DNA of 64,000 nucleotides from Escherichia coli (GTDB lineage Bacteria; Pseudomonadota; Gammaproteobacteria; Enterobacterales; Enterobacteriaceae): NCBI RefSeq assembly GCF_044324785.1, contig NZ_CP172127.1; one strand, 5' to 3'. Shown piece by piece: positions 47,407 to 55,803 of this stretch (position 1 is its first letter; each line of letters starts with the position of its first letter). The notes under the pieces were generated by a model. It saw only the letters and a program-made list of their open reading frames with translations, ran no database searches and was not told where the DNA came from. The position numbers and the translations under genes were made by a program.

Positions 47407-47739
47407 TTAATGTGGTGTGCTTCGTGACAATAAATTAATAACCAACACACCGGCACAAATCAACATCATGCCTATAATGGCTGGCAGGTCCAGCCGTTGG
47501 CCGAAAAATCCCCATGACAGTAAACTAATCAGGACAATACCGACTCCTGACCAGATAGCATAAGCAATCCCTGTAGGAATATAAGCCAGCGTCTGAGCTA
47601 ATAACCAGAATGATGCACAATAACAAATAATTGTACCAACAGATGGCCATAACCGTGTAAAACCTTCTGAAAACTTCATTAAGGTTGTACCAATGACCTC
47701 TGCAAGTATTGCACCACCAAGATAAATATAAGGGTTCAT
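47407..47739 (-). CDS. emrE: Small multidrug resistance efflux transporter EmrE
   Basis: ORF 47407..47793; from MNPYIYLGGAILAEVIGTTLMKFSEGF… 110 aa, four TM segments, matches EmrE. Confidence 0.85.
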   Translation of the reverse strand: MNPYIYLGGAILAEVIGTTLMKFSEGFTRLWPSVGTIICYCASFWLLAQTLAYIPTGIAYAIWSGVGIVLISLLSWGFFGQRLDLPAIIGMMLICAGVLVINLLSRSTPH

Positions 47740-47806
47740 AGCATATTCTTTCCTGTTCAAACTGGAGAGAATTGTACTACAGTTTGAACTCAACTCACCT
47801 GTTTCA

Positions 47807-48109
47807 TCATTGTGTTCCCATTGATGTTCTTTTATATACCCTCAATACCCGTTTCATCGCGGCACTCTGGCGACACTCCTTAAAAATCAGATTCGTGCTC
47901 ACCTTTCCTTCCCGTTCTTCTCTGGTAGCGAACCGGTAATACACCGTTCGCCAGACCTTACCATCAACGACCAGGATTCCTGCCCGCGCCATTTTAGCCG
48001 CAGCCTGATTTATGCTGGTTACGGTTGCGCCTGTTACCGCGGCAACGTCCTGTGCACAGAAGCTCTTATGCGTCCCCAGGTAATGAATAATTGCCTCTTT
48101 GCCCGTCAT
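47807..48109 (-). CDS. ren: Ren protein (Rex exclusion relief)
   Basis: 100-aa ORF near-identical to lambda Ren (MTGKEAIIHYLGTH…). Confidence 0.8.
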   Translation of the reverse strand: MTGKEAIIHYLGTHKSFCAQDVAAVTGATVTSINQAAAKMARAGILVVDGKVWRTVYYRFATREEREGKVSTNLIFKECRQSAAMKRVLRVYKRTSMGTQ

Positions 48110-48807
48110 ACACTTGCTCCTTTCAGTCCGAACTTAGCTTTAATTTCTGCGATCTTCGCCAGAGCCTGTGCACGATTTAGAGGTCTACCGCCCATAACAG
48201 GAAGTTGTTTTACTGGTTCAGGTATCGTCTCACCACGGTTAATTCGCGCTGTCATACAGGTCAGTTCATCGGCAGCCTTGCGCCGTAATTCCGCGTCAGT
48301 CAGCGCATTGGCCCGCATGTTCTGGTACAAGTTGGTAACCAACCAGTAATGCGCGTTCGATTTCCACGGATAAGACTCTGCATCCGGATACAGGCCACGC
48401 TTCCGGCAATACTCGTAAACCATATCAACCAGCTCGCTGACGTTTGGCAGCCCGGCGTTAACAGATGCTTCTTCCCGGCACCAGGCGACAAACTGCCCGG
48501 GTGATGGCAGGAATGGTCGATTCTGCCGACGGGCTACGCGCATTCCAGCGTTAACCTGTTCCATTGTGGTGATCCCGCTTTCCCGGAAAGCCAGAACCCA
48601 CTGGCGGCGGATTTCGTTCAGTTCATTCTGGTCACGGTTAGCCAGGCTCGCCGGGAAAGTTGCCAGTAACTGGCTGAACACACCGTTGATGATCTGCGCT
48701 ACCTGCTGTACCTGTGGCTTTTCGTCGTACTGTTCCGGCATGTTGTTGGCGATCCGGCGCATCTGCTCACAGTCAAAGTTAACCATCTGTGCGGCGATGT
48801 TTTTCAT
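48106..48807 (-). CDS. P: Replication protein P (DnaB helicase loader)
   Basis: 233-aa ORF matching lambda P. Confidence 0.9.
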   Translation of the reverse strand: MKNIAAQMVNFDCEQMRRIANNMPEQYDEKPQVQQVAQIINGVFSQLLATFPASLANRDQNELNEIRRQWVLAFRESGITTMEQVNAGMRVARRQNRPFLPSPGQFVAWCREEASVNAGLPNVSELVDMVYEYCRKRGLYPDAESYPWKSNAHYWLVTNLYQNMRANALTDAELRRKAADELTCMTARINRGETIPEPVKQLPVMGGRPLNRAQALAKIAEIKAKFGLKGASV

Positions 48808-49733
48808 AGCTCCACCCCGTAAATCCAGTCAGTGTTCGTCAGGTCGAGTTTTGGTTTGCCGGCTGTCACGCCAGCCTGTTGCTTGTTTCGGTTGATTTCG
48901 AGCTGGGTCCACTTGTCGCGGAGTTTGGCCGGACTTAGCACGTTACCGGACCAGAAGTTGTCCTGGCATGCCCAGCGGAACAGCACGCACATGTCGCGGT
49001 GGTTACGTCCGTCACGTTCACGCATCAGGCGGATATCGTTAGCCCACCCTGCAAAATTCGGTTTTCTGGCTGATGGCGCGATGGTCTTCACCATGTCAAA
49101 CATCCACTCTGCGGCGGTCAGGTCTTCTGCTGTCCCCCACTTGCTGCCGCTCTGAATTGCAGCATCCGGTTTCACCACAGGAAGATCGTTTTCTGGTTGG
49201 TCAGAGGATTCGCCAGAATTCTCGGACGAAAAAGGTTTTATATTGTCTTTTGTTAGTTTGTCTTTTGTGTTTACCTGATTCGGGTAAACGCCTTTACCTG
49301 ATTTGGGTAAACTTTTTTTACCTGATTCAGGTAAATTTACCTCTTTCAGGTAAACTTTATTTTTCTTACCTGATTCGGGTAATGTTGACCATTCACTGAC
49401 CACATTATTAATGCCGGTATTCCGCCCGCTCTGAATAAAAATCCCACGCTTTACCAGAACACTTTTTGCAGCAGAACACTTGTGCGGCAATATCCCGGTT
49501 AACTCGGAAAGTTGCTCGTTGCTCACCCAATCCAGTTTTTTATTAAAGCCATATGTTTTGCGCATGACAGCCAGGAAGACCAGAAGCTGGTGCTGTGTTA
49601 ATCCGGCCAGCATTACAGCTTCCAGCAACTCATTTGCAATGCGCGTATAACCATCATCGAGATCTGCCACGCGCGGCTCCTTTTGTGCCACATCCGGCAC
49701 TGGAAAATTGAATATCTCAGCAGTGTTTGCCAT
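48804..49733 (-). CDS. O: Replication initiator protein O
   Basis: ORF 48804..49823; lambda O-like from MANTAEIFNF…VADLDDGY…; contains ori iterons in its coding sequence. Confidence 0.85.
   Translation of the reverse strand: MANTAEIFNFPVPDVAQKEPRVADLDDGYTRIANELLEAVMLAGLTQHQLLVFLAVMRKTYGFNKKLDWVSNEQLSELTGILPHKCSAAKSVLVKRGIFIQSGRNTGINNVVSEWSTLPESGKKNKVYLKEVNLPESGKKSLPKSGKGVYPNQVNTKDKLTKDNIKPFSSENSGESSDQPENDLPVVKPDAAIQSGSKWGTAEDLTAAEWMFDMVKTIAPSARKPNFAGWANDIRLMRERDGRNHRDMCVLFRWACQDNFWSGNVLSPAKLRDKWTQLEINRNKQQAGVTAGKPKLDLTNTDWIYGVEL
49271..49382. repeat. Phage replication origin iterons (five copies of a roughly 17-bp element) with adjacent AT-rich stretch
   Basis: ttacctgattcgggtaa at 49271 and 49366; variants ttacctgatttgggtaa (49295), ttacctgattcaggtaa (49318), ttacctctttcaggtaa (49337); AT-rich run at 49241-49270. 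Confidence 0.75.
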
Positions 49734-49819
49734 AATTCCTCCCGCAATGAGTGCGTTACGATTTGCACCTGAAAGTCGGCTCTGTTCCCGCAGACCGGCT
49801 TTCGCCATTTTTGAACCTG

Positions 49820-50359
49820 TCATATTGCCCCCAGCATGGCGGTGACCATCGCCATCAATGGACCAGCCAGATCCGGGTCCACTCGAAACATCGACACAAT
49901 GCCTTCACTCATCTCCTTCAGTTTCTGGTGGCGTGGTGCGTTGAGAATGACCGCCTGCTTTGCCTCACAGAGTTCCTTTTCCATTTCAGCCAGCCGAGCC
50001 ATGAAGCTATCCTGCTCAACCAGGTGGCCGCGATATTCCAGCGGTAGTACCGCCAGAATTGCCGGGGTCAGTTCACGCACGTTATTTCGGTATTTTTCAG
50101 AATCGAATTTGTTATCGAGGAAGCGGAACAGCTTCTGGCGTGCACGGCTGACATCATCAGGGAAATCGATAGTGCCGCCGCCCTGCTCCCGATACTCATT
50201 CACAATGAGTGTGGCAACGACATCCTGATTATCTTCAGCCGACCAGGCGCGGACGGCATCACGGATTTTTTCGTGGCCTGGCACCTGTTTTGTTTGAGAA
50301 CGATTTATCACCGCAGTCGGGCTAAATCCGCTAGTCTGTTGGTATGTAAGTGGTTGCAT
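49820..50359 (-). CDS. YdaT-like protein (CII-position regulatory / toxin-like family)
   Basis: 179-aa ORF with motifs resembling recalled Rac YdaT (EYREQGGG; LTPAILAVLPLEYRGHL); sits between cro-like gene and O. Confidence 0.6.
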   Translation of the reverse strand: MQPLTYQQTSGFSPTAVINRSQTKQVPGHEKIRDAVRAWSAEDNQDVVATLIVNEYREQGGGTIDFPDDVSRARQKLFRFLDNKFDSEKYRNNVRELTPAILAVLPLEYRGHLVEQDSFMARLAEMEKELCEAKQAVILNAPRHQKLKEMSEGIVSMFRVDPDLAGPLMAMVTAMLGAI

Positions 50360-50428
50360 AATTGACTCCTTTAGTTTGAATTGACTGTTAAGTTGATTGC
50401 TTATTGTTAAAGAGCGTGAAATGGAAAT

Positions 50429-50659
50429 TTAAGCTGCGTTCTTTTCGGTGTGTGGAAACAACTTCGGAAGATCCGGGCGAATCTGGTATGCCTTCACTAC
50501 TCCACCAGTAGCCGTAACAATGCTGCCGACATGTTCAGGGGATACCTTTGCTTTGTTGTGAAGCCACTTATAGACGGCCTGCTGTGAAACTTCGCAGGCA
50601 GCGCCCAGTTTCTTTTGTGAACCAACGATATTGATCGCTGTTTTGATAGCTGGGTTCAT
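50429..50659 (-). CDS. cro: Cro-like HTH repressor (YdaS/Cro family)
   Basis: 76-aa ORF divergent from cI with HTH segment (…QKKLGAACEVSQQAVYKWL…). Confidence 0.65.
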   Translation of the reverse strand: MNPAIKTAINIVGSQKKLGAACEVSQQAVYKWLHNKAKVSPEHVGSIVTATGGVVKAYQIRPDLPKLFPHTEKNAA

Positions 50660-50763
50660 AACAACCTCCGTGGTTAATTTGAATCAAGATTAAAACTATG
50701 GTTGTTTTTAGTCAACAACCATTTTCGTTTGATGGAATAAAACCTTGGTTGTACATTTGGACT
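50660..50763. promoter_or_regulatory. Right operator/promoter region (OR; divergent pRM/pR) with repeated ACAACC/GGTTGT half-sites
   Basis: Perfect inverted repeat atggttgtt-7 nt-aacaaccat at 50698-50722 plus extra half-sites near 50660 and 50746, between divergent cro-like and cI starts. Confidence 0.5.
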
Positions 50764-51453
50764 ATGAAAACAACACTCTCAGAAAGACTTAAAGAAGCCA
50801 GATTAGCGCGAGGCCTTACACAAAAGGCGCTTGGGGATTTGGTCGGGGTTAGCCAAGCTGCTATTCAGAAAATCGAAACAGGGAAAGCTAACCAAACAAC
50901 TAAAATCGTGGAGATCGCGAACGCTTTGGGTGTGCGCGCAGAATGGTTATCTTCTGGCGTTGGAAATATGTCAGACAGTACAGTGCAACCAATACCATCA
51001 ACTGTCAGCCATTCCAAATACTTTAAGATTGACGTTCTTGATATAGAAGTGAGTGCCGGGCCGGGAGTCATCAACCGTGAGTTTGTAGAAGTTCTACGCT
51101 CGGTTGAGTACTCGTTTGACGATGCTCGTCACATGTTCGATGGTAGGAAGGCAGAAAATATCCGCATCATTAACGTACGCGGTGACAGCATGTCAGGAAC
51201 GATCGAACCAGGTGATCTGCTGTTCGTTGATATCACGGTTAAATCTTTCGACGGTGATGGTATCTATGCGTTTCTGTATGACGACACCGCCCATGTAAAG
51301 CGCCTGCAAATGATGAAGGATAAGCTACTGGTTATCTCTGATAACAAGAGCTACTCACCGTGGGACCCGATCGAGAAAGACGAGATGAACCGGGTATTCA
51401 TATTCGGTAAGGTTATTGGGAGCATGCCGCAGACGTACAGAAAACACGGATAA
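50764..51453 (+). CDS. cI: CI-type prophage repressor (HTH plus S24 LexA-like autopeptidase)
   Basis: ORF 50698..51453; start at MKTTLSERLKEARLARGLTQKAL…; Ala-Gly cleavage site (VSAGPG) and GDSM Ser motif present. Confidence 0.85.
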   Translation: MKTTLSERLKEARLARGLTQKALGDLVGVSQAAIQKIETGKANQTTKIVEIANALGVRAEWLSSGVGNMSDSTVQPIPSTVSHSKYFKIDVLDIEVSAGPGVINREFVEVLRSVEYSFDDARHMFDGRKAENIRIINVRGDSMSGTIEPGDLLFVDITVKSFDGDGIYAFLYDDTAHVKRLQMMKDKLLVISDNKSYSPWDPIEKDEMNRVFIFGKVIGSMPQTYRKHG

Positions 51454-51535
51454 TCAGCCGCGTGTTGATGAGGCTTTTGGGTAATACGCTGAAGAAAATA
51501 CCTTATAAAAAATAACATTACGGGAAAGGCAAAAA

Positions 51536-51799
51536 ATGAGTAATAAAACACTTGTTAAAAAATCAAATAACTGTGTCGATGCATACGCCGACGCGTTTGG
51601 CTACTCTTCGTTTGGTGACGGCTCTCAGCGCCTAGGTTCAATTTCTTTTTTTCATAATGTAACTGAATGGCCTGTTGATGAAAGTGACGATGTTGAGAAC
51701 ATAAAGTACAACATTGCAACCATTAGAATGCCCGAAGAATTGATGCTTAAATTGGCTGACTTCATTCGCGACCAGCATGACAAAGCTAAAACAAACTAA
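51536..51799 (+). CDS. Hypothetical acidic protein, first gene of cI-distal immunity-region module
   Basis: 87-aa ORF with RBS-like aaagg upstream, co-oriented with cI; no family recognised. Confidence 0.5.
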   Translation: MSNKTLVKKSNNCVDAYADAFGYSSFGDGSQRLGSISFFHNVTEWPVDESDDVENIKYNIATIRMPEELMLKLADFIRDQHDKAKTN

Positions 51800-51811
51800 T
51801 CGTAATTAATT

Positions 51812-52255
51812 ATGAAACACGATTATTACGAAGCTCCAAACCTAAATGATAAAATTGCAAAGGCGGCAGAATCATTTTGTTTGCACTCCAGTGCGTCTTC
51901 CCAGCTAGCAGGTATATCTGGAAAAAGATGGGACATGCTACAATCAAGTGGTAGCAGTGGGTCTGGGAGTGATAACATGCCTGAAAAAGTTGCAAAACTG
52001 GAGTCCGATGTTGCTCATATCAAACGAGACGTTGATGAACTTAAAACAGACGTTAAAGCTATCGACAAAAATATGATAACTATTCTTGCACGTCTGGACT
52101 CTATAAAAGAATCCTTAACAAACAAGCCATCAAGTGATGCTGTCGATAGAAAGATTTCAGACGCAAAGCTTGCGGTATTGCTTGGTGTTCCAGCAATCAT
52201 CGCTGCAGGAACAGGACTTTATAAGCTATCAATGTACTTTTTCTTTAGTGCTTAA
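51812..52255 (+). CDS. Hypothetical membrane-anchored coiled-coil protein, second gene of immunity-region module
   Basis: 147-aa ORF; heptad-like charged region (…KVAKLESDVAHIKRDVDELKTDVKAIDKNMITILARLDSIKESL…) then C-terminal hydrophobic segment (LAVLLGVPAIIAAGTGLYKL). Confidence 0.5.
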   Translation: MKHDYYEAPNLNDKIAKAAESFCLHSSASSQLAGISGKRWDMLQSSGSSGSGSDNMPEKVAKLESDVAHIKRDVDELKTDVKAIDKNMITILARLDSIKESLTNKPSSDAVDRKISDAKLAVLLGVPAIIAAGTGLYKLSMYFFFSA

Positions 52256-52332
52256 GAAAATGCTCGCACCCTTGCATTAGGTAAAGCGATTTTTCATTCC
52301 CCATTACCCTCGCTCTTAACCAATCATCTAAA

Positions 52333-52360
52333 CCCGGCCACCGTGCCGGGTTTTCTTTTG
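52333..52360 (+). terminator. Rho-independent terminator after the cI operon
   Basis: Hairpin cccggc-(loop)-gccggg followed by ttttcttttg. Confidence 0.5.
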
Positions 52361-52498
52361 CCCTCCCCTCATCACACACCGTTCAAAAAACCACCACGAC
52401 CTCGCTTCAGTTATCGCTATGCGATGCAAGTCACAAAATAAATCCATCTTAAATACAACCAGTTATATCTAAAACAACCAACAAAACAACTTTTGTTG

Positions 52499-52527
52499 TT
52501 GACGATAAAACAACTATAGTTTTAAAT
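52499..52527 (+). promoter_or_regulatory. Candidate early-left promoter (pL equivalent) with upstream operator palindrome
   Basis: TTGACG-17 nt-TTAAAT; immediately upstream aacaac-tttt-gttgtt palindrome and further ACAACC half-sites (52455-52500) like those in OR. Confidence 0.3.
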
Positions 52528-52600
52528 GAATTCATCGCAACAACACAACGATACGGCAATCACCTGATTCACCGTTGCGATGACCGCTTAGATCCGCAGC

Positions 52601-53011
52601 TTGAATTTCAGCAGGCTCCGGGGAGTGCGAGGGGTGAAGCGGACGCGTGAACGTCGGTGTGACCAGCTGAAATCAACTCAACACTTCATACCTCAGTCGC
52701 TTCAACGAGGCGACTTAGTTATGACAACCGGCGGCCATCCACCGCCTGAATACGCGCAGAAGTCTCTATATGTTCAGCAGCCCAGCTTACGGGCAGGAGT
52801 TTTTATGGTTCATCAACATTACGGAACGCAGACCGTTAATCGAGGTGCGGTCATGCCAGGAATGCTGGTCAAACACAAAGATGGTACCTGGACTGCATCA
52901 GCTAATTTACGCGGACGGCTATATCTGCATCGCGGCATCGAGCGCACTTATACCCGTGATTTGCTCGTGGAAGTTTTTCTCGACGGACGCGGTAACGGCC
53001 TGAATCACTAA
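52601..53011 (+). CDS. Hypothetical early protein; possible N-like antiterminator if translated from an upstream alternative start (Arg-rich N-terminus)
   Basis: ORF from TTG at 52601 (GTG at 52625/52634 possible) encodes …GVKRTRERR…, reminiscent of N arginine-rich motifs; ATG at 52720 with better RBS would give 97 aa without that motif. Confidence 0.3.
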   Translation: MNFSRLRGVRGVKRTRERRCDQLKSTQHFIPQSLQRGDLVMTTGGHPPPEYAQKSLYVQQPSLRAGVFMVHQHYGTQTVNRGAVMPGMLVKHKDGTWTASANLRGRLYLHRGIERTYTRDLLVEVFLDGRGNGLNH

Positions 53012-53086
53012 TCCCCTTTCCTGTTTTCCTAATCAGCCTGGCATTTCGCGGGCGATATTTTCACAGCCATTTTCAGGAGTTCAGCC

Positions 53087-53383
53087 ATGAACGCTTATTA
53101 CATTCAGGATCGTCTTGAGGCTCAGAGCTGGGCGCGTCACTACCAGCAGATCGCCCGTGAAGAGAAAGAGGCAGAACTGGCAGACGACATGGAAAAAGGT
53201 CTGCCCCAGCACCTGTTTGAATCACTCTGCATCGATCATTTGCAACGTCACGGGGCCAGCAAAAAAGCCATTACCCGTGCGTTTGATGACGATGTTGAGT
53301 TTCAGGATCGCATGGCAGAACACATCCGGTACATGGTTGAAACCATTGCTCACCACCAGGTTGATATTGATTCAGAGGTATAA
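53087..53383 (+). CDS. gam: Gam (RecBCD inhibitor), short form
   Basis: 98-aa ORF near-identical to lambda GamS ([21 protein letters not shown]…). Confidence 0.9.
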   Translation: MNAYYIQDRLEAQSWARHYQQIAREEKEAELADDMEKGLPQHLFESLCIDHLQRHGASKKAITRAFDDDVEFQDRMAEHIRYMVETIAHHQVDIDSEV

Positions 53384-53388
53384 AACGG

Positions 53389-54174
53389 ATGAGTACAGCA
53401 CTCGCAACGCTGGCAGGGAAGCTGGCTGAACGTGTCGGCATGGATTCTGTCGACCCACAGGAACTGATCACCACTCTTCGCCAGACGGCATTTAAAGGTG
53501 ATGCCAGCGATGCGCAGTTCATCGCATTGTTGATCGTCGCCAACCAGTACGGCCTTAATCCGTGGACGAAAGAAATTTACGCCTTCCCTGATAAGCAGAA
53601 CGGCATCGTTCCGGTGGTGGGCGTTGATGGCTGGTCCCGCATCATCAATGAAAACCAGCAGTTTGATGGCATGGACTTTGAGCAGGACAATGAATCCTGT
53701 ACATGCCGGATTTACCGCAAGGACCGTAATCATCCGATCTGCGTTACCGAATGGATGGATGAATGCCGCCGCGAACCATTCAAAACTCGCGAAGGCAGAG
53801 AAATCACGGGGCCGTGGCAGTCGCATCCCAAACGGATGTTACGGCATAAAGCCATGATTCAGTGTGCCCGTCTGGCCTTCGGATTTGCTGGTATCTATGA
53901 CAAGGATGAAGCCGAGCGCATTGTCGAAAATACTGCATACACTGCAGAACGTCAGCCAGAACGCGACATCACTCCGGTTAACGATGAAACCATGCAGGAG
54001 ATTAACACTCTGCTGATCGCCCTGGATAAAACATGGGATGACGACTTATTGCCGCTCTGTTCCCAGATATTTCGCCGCGACATTCGCGCATCGTCAGAAC
54101 TGACACAGGCCGAAGCAGTGAAAGCTCTTGGATTCCTGAAACAGAAAGCCACTGAGCAGAAGGTGGCAGCATGA
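53389..54174 (+). CDS. bet: Bet single-strand annealing recombinase
   Basis: 261-aa ORF matching lambda Bet. Confidence 0.9.
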   Translation: MSTALATLAGKLAERVGMDSVDPQELITTLRQTAFKGDASDAQFIALLIVANQYGLNPWTKEIYAFPDKQNGIVPVVGVDGWSRIINENQQFDGMDFEQDNESCTCRIYRKDRNHPICVTEWMDECRREPFKTREGREITGPWQSHPKRMLRHKAMIQCARLAFGFAGIYDKDEAERIVENTAYTAERQPERDITPVNDETMQEINTLLIALDKTWDDDLLPLCSQIFRRDIRASSELTQAEAVKALGFLKQKATEQKVAA

Positions 54175-54851
54175 CACCGGACATTATCCTGCAGCGTACC
54201 GGGATCGACGTGAGAGCTGTCGAACAGGGGGATGATGCATGGCACAAATTACGGCTCGGCGTCATCACCGCTTCAGAAGTTCACAACGTGATAGCAAAGC
54301 CCCGCTCAGGAAAGAAGTGGCCTGACATGAAAATGTCCTACTTCCACACCCTGCTGGCTGAGGTTTGCACCGGTGTGGCTCCGGAAGTTAATGCTAAGGC
54401 GCTGGCCTGGGGAAAACAGTACGAGAACGACGCCAGAACCCTGTTTGAATTCACTTCCGGCGTGAATGTTACTGAATCCCCGATCATCTATCGCAACGAA
54501 AGTATGCGCACCGCCTGCTCTCCCGATGGTTTATGCAGTGACGGCAATGGCCTTGAGCTGAAATGCCCGTTTACCTCCCGGGATTTCATGAAGTTCCGGC
54601 TCGGTGGTTTCGAGGCCATAAAGTCGGCTTACATGGCCCAGGTGCAGTACAGCATGTGGGTGACACGAAAAGATGCCTGGTACTTTGCCAACTATGACCC
54701 GCGTATGAAGCGTGAAGGACTGCATTATGTCGTGGTTGAGCGGGATGAAAAGTACATGGCGAGTTTTGACGAGATGGTACCGGAGTTCATCGAAAAAATG
54801 GACGAGGCACTGGCTGAAATTGGTTTTGTATTTGGGGAGCAATGGCGATGA
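54171..54851 (+). CDS. exo: Lambda-type exonuclease Exo
   Basis: 226-aa ORF matching lambda Exo. Confidence 0.9.
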   Translation: MTPDIILQRTGIDVRAVEQGDDAWHKLRLGVITASEVHNVIAKPRSGKKWPDMKMSYFHTLLAEVCTGVAPEVNAKALAWGKQYENDARTLFEFTSGVNVTESPIIYRNESMRTACSPDGLCSDGNGLELKCPFTSRDFMKFRLGGFEAIKSAYMAQVQYSMWVTRKDAWYFANYDPRMKREGLHYVVVERDEKYMASFDEMVPEFIEKMDEALAEIGFVFGEQWR

Positions 54852-55030
54852 CGCATCCTCACGATAATATCCGGGTAGGCGCGATCACTTTCGTCTACTC
54901 CATTACAAAGCGAGGCTGGGTATTTCCCGGCCTTTCTGTTATCAGAAATCCACTGAAAGCACAGCGGCTGGCTGAGAAGATAAATAATAAACGGGAGGCG
55001 GTATGCACAAAGCATCTCCTGTTGAGTTAA
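54842..55030 (+). CDS. Hypothetical small phage protein
   Basis: 62-aa ORF overlapping exo stop; position of lambda small early-left ORFs. Confidence 0.4.
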   Translation: MAMTHPHDNIRVGAITFVYSITKRGWVFPGLSVIRNPLKAQRLAEKINNKREAVCTKHLLLS

Positions 55031-55194
55031 GAACGAGTATTGAGATGGCACATAGCCTTGCTCAAATTGGAGTCAGGTTTGTGCCAATACCAGTAGAAAC
55101 AGACGAAGAATTTCATACGTTAGCCACATCCCTTTCACAAAAGCTGGAAATGATGGTGGCGAAAGCAGAAGCAGATGAGAGAGACCAGGTATGA
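55003..55194 (+). CDS. Hypothetical small phage protein
   Basis: 63-aa ORF, co-oriented, overlapping its neighbour. Confidence 0.4.
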   Translation: MHKASPVELRTSIEMAHSLAQIGVRFVPIPVETDEEFHTLATSLSQKLEMMVAKAEADERDQV

Positions 55195-55270
55195 CAACCA
55201 CTGAATGCATTTTTCTGGCAGCGGGCTTCATATTCTGTGTGCTTATGCTTGCCGGCATGGGGCTTGTTCA

Positions 55271-55486
55271 GTGACACCTCAGCAAGAAAACGCCCTTCGC
55301 AGCATTGCCCGTCAGGCTAATTCTGAAATCAAAAAAGCCAGACAGCAGTTTCCGGATAAAAACGTCGATGACATTTGCCGTAGCGTGCTAAAGAAGCACC
55401 GCGAAACGGTAACGCTGATGGGATTCACACCGACTCATTTAAGCCTGGCGATCGGCATGTTGAACGGCGTCTTTAAGGAACGATGA
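55271..55486 (+). CDS. Hypothetical small phage protein
   Basis: Frame of ORF 55205..55486; probable GTG start at 55271 overlapping the stop of a 27-codon hydrophobic mini-ORF. Confidence 0.3.
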   Translation: MTPQQENALRSIARQANSEIKKARQQFPDKNVDDICRSVLKKHRETVTLMGFTPTHLSLAIGMLNGVFKER

Positions 55487-55584
55487 ACATGAAAAGCAAA
55501 ATCATCAGGGAGCTACAGGCTCCTTTTTTATTATTCGCATTTACCCTCAAGCGTATTAACCAACAATTCAGGGATTAATGAAAG

Positions 55585-55803
55585 ATGGCAGACATCATTG
55601 ATTCAGCATCAGAAATCGAAGAATTACAGCGCAATACAGCAATAAAAATGCGTCGTCTGAACTACCAGACTGTATCCGCAACTCATTGTTGTGAGTGTGG
55701 CGATCCGATAGATGAGCGAAGACACCTGGCTGTTCAGGGTTGTCGGACTTGTGCAAGTTGCCAGGAGGAGATCGAACTTAAGAACAAACAATGGGGACTG
55801 TGA
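55585..55803 (+). CDS. TraR/DksA-family C4 zinc-finger protein
   Basis: 72-aa ORF with CxxC…CxxC (CCECGDPI…CRTCASC). Confidence 0.6.
   Translation: MADIIDSASEIEELQRNTAIKMRRLNYQTVSATHCCECGDPIDERRHLAVQGCRTCASCQEEIELKNKQWGL

Noticed and set aside
49271-49382. Possible CRISPR-like short repeat array
   Set aside because: The repeats are about 17 bp with 2-12-bp spacers and lie inside the O coding sequence, which fits replication-origin iterons, not a CRISPR array; no cas genes in the window.
52303-52311. Exact boxA-like nonamer CGCTCTTAA followed 20 nt later by a hairpin
   Set aside because: It lies upstream of the candidate pL, at the 3' end of the cI operon, and the hairpin is followed by a T-tract (terminator-like). 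A 9-mer match is expected by chance in 64 kb, so it is not called a nut site.
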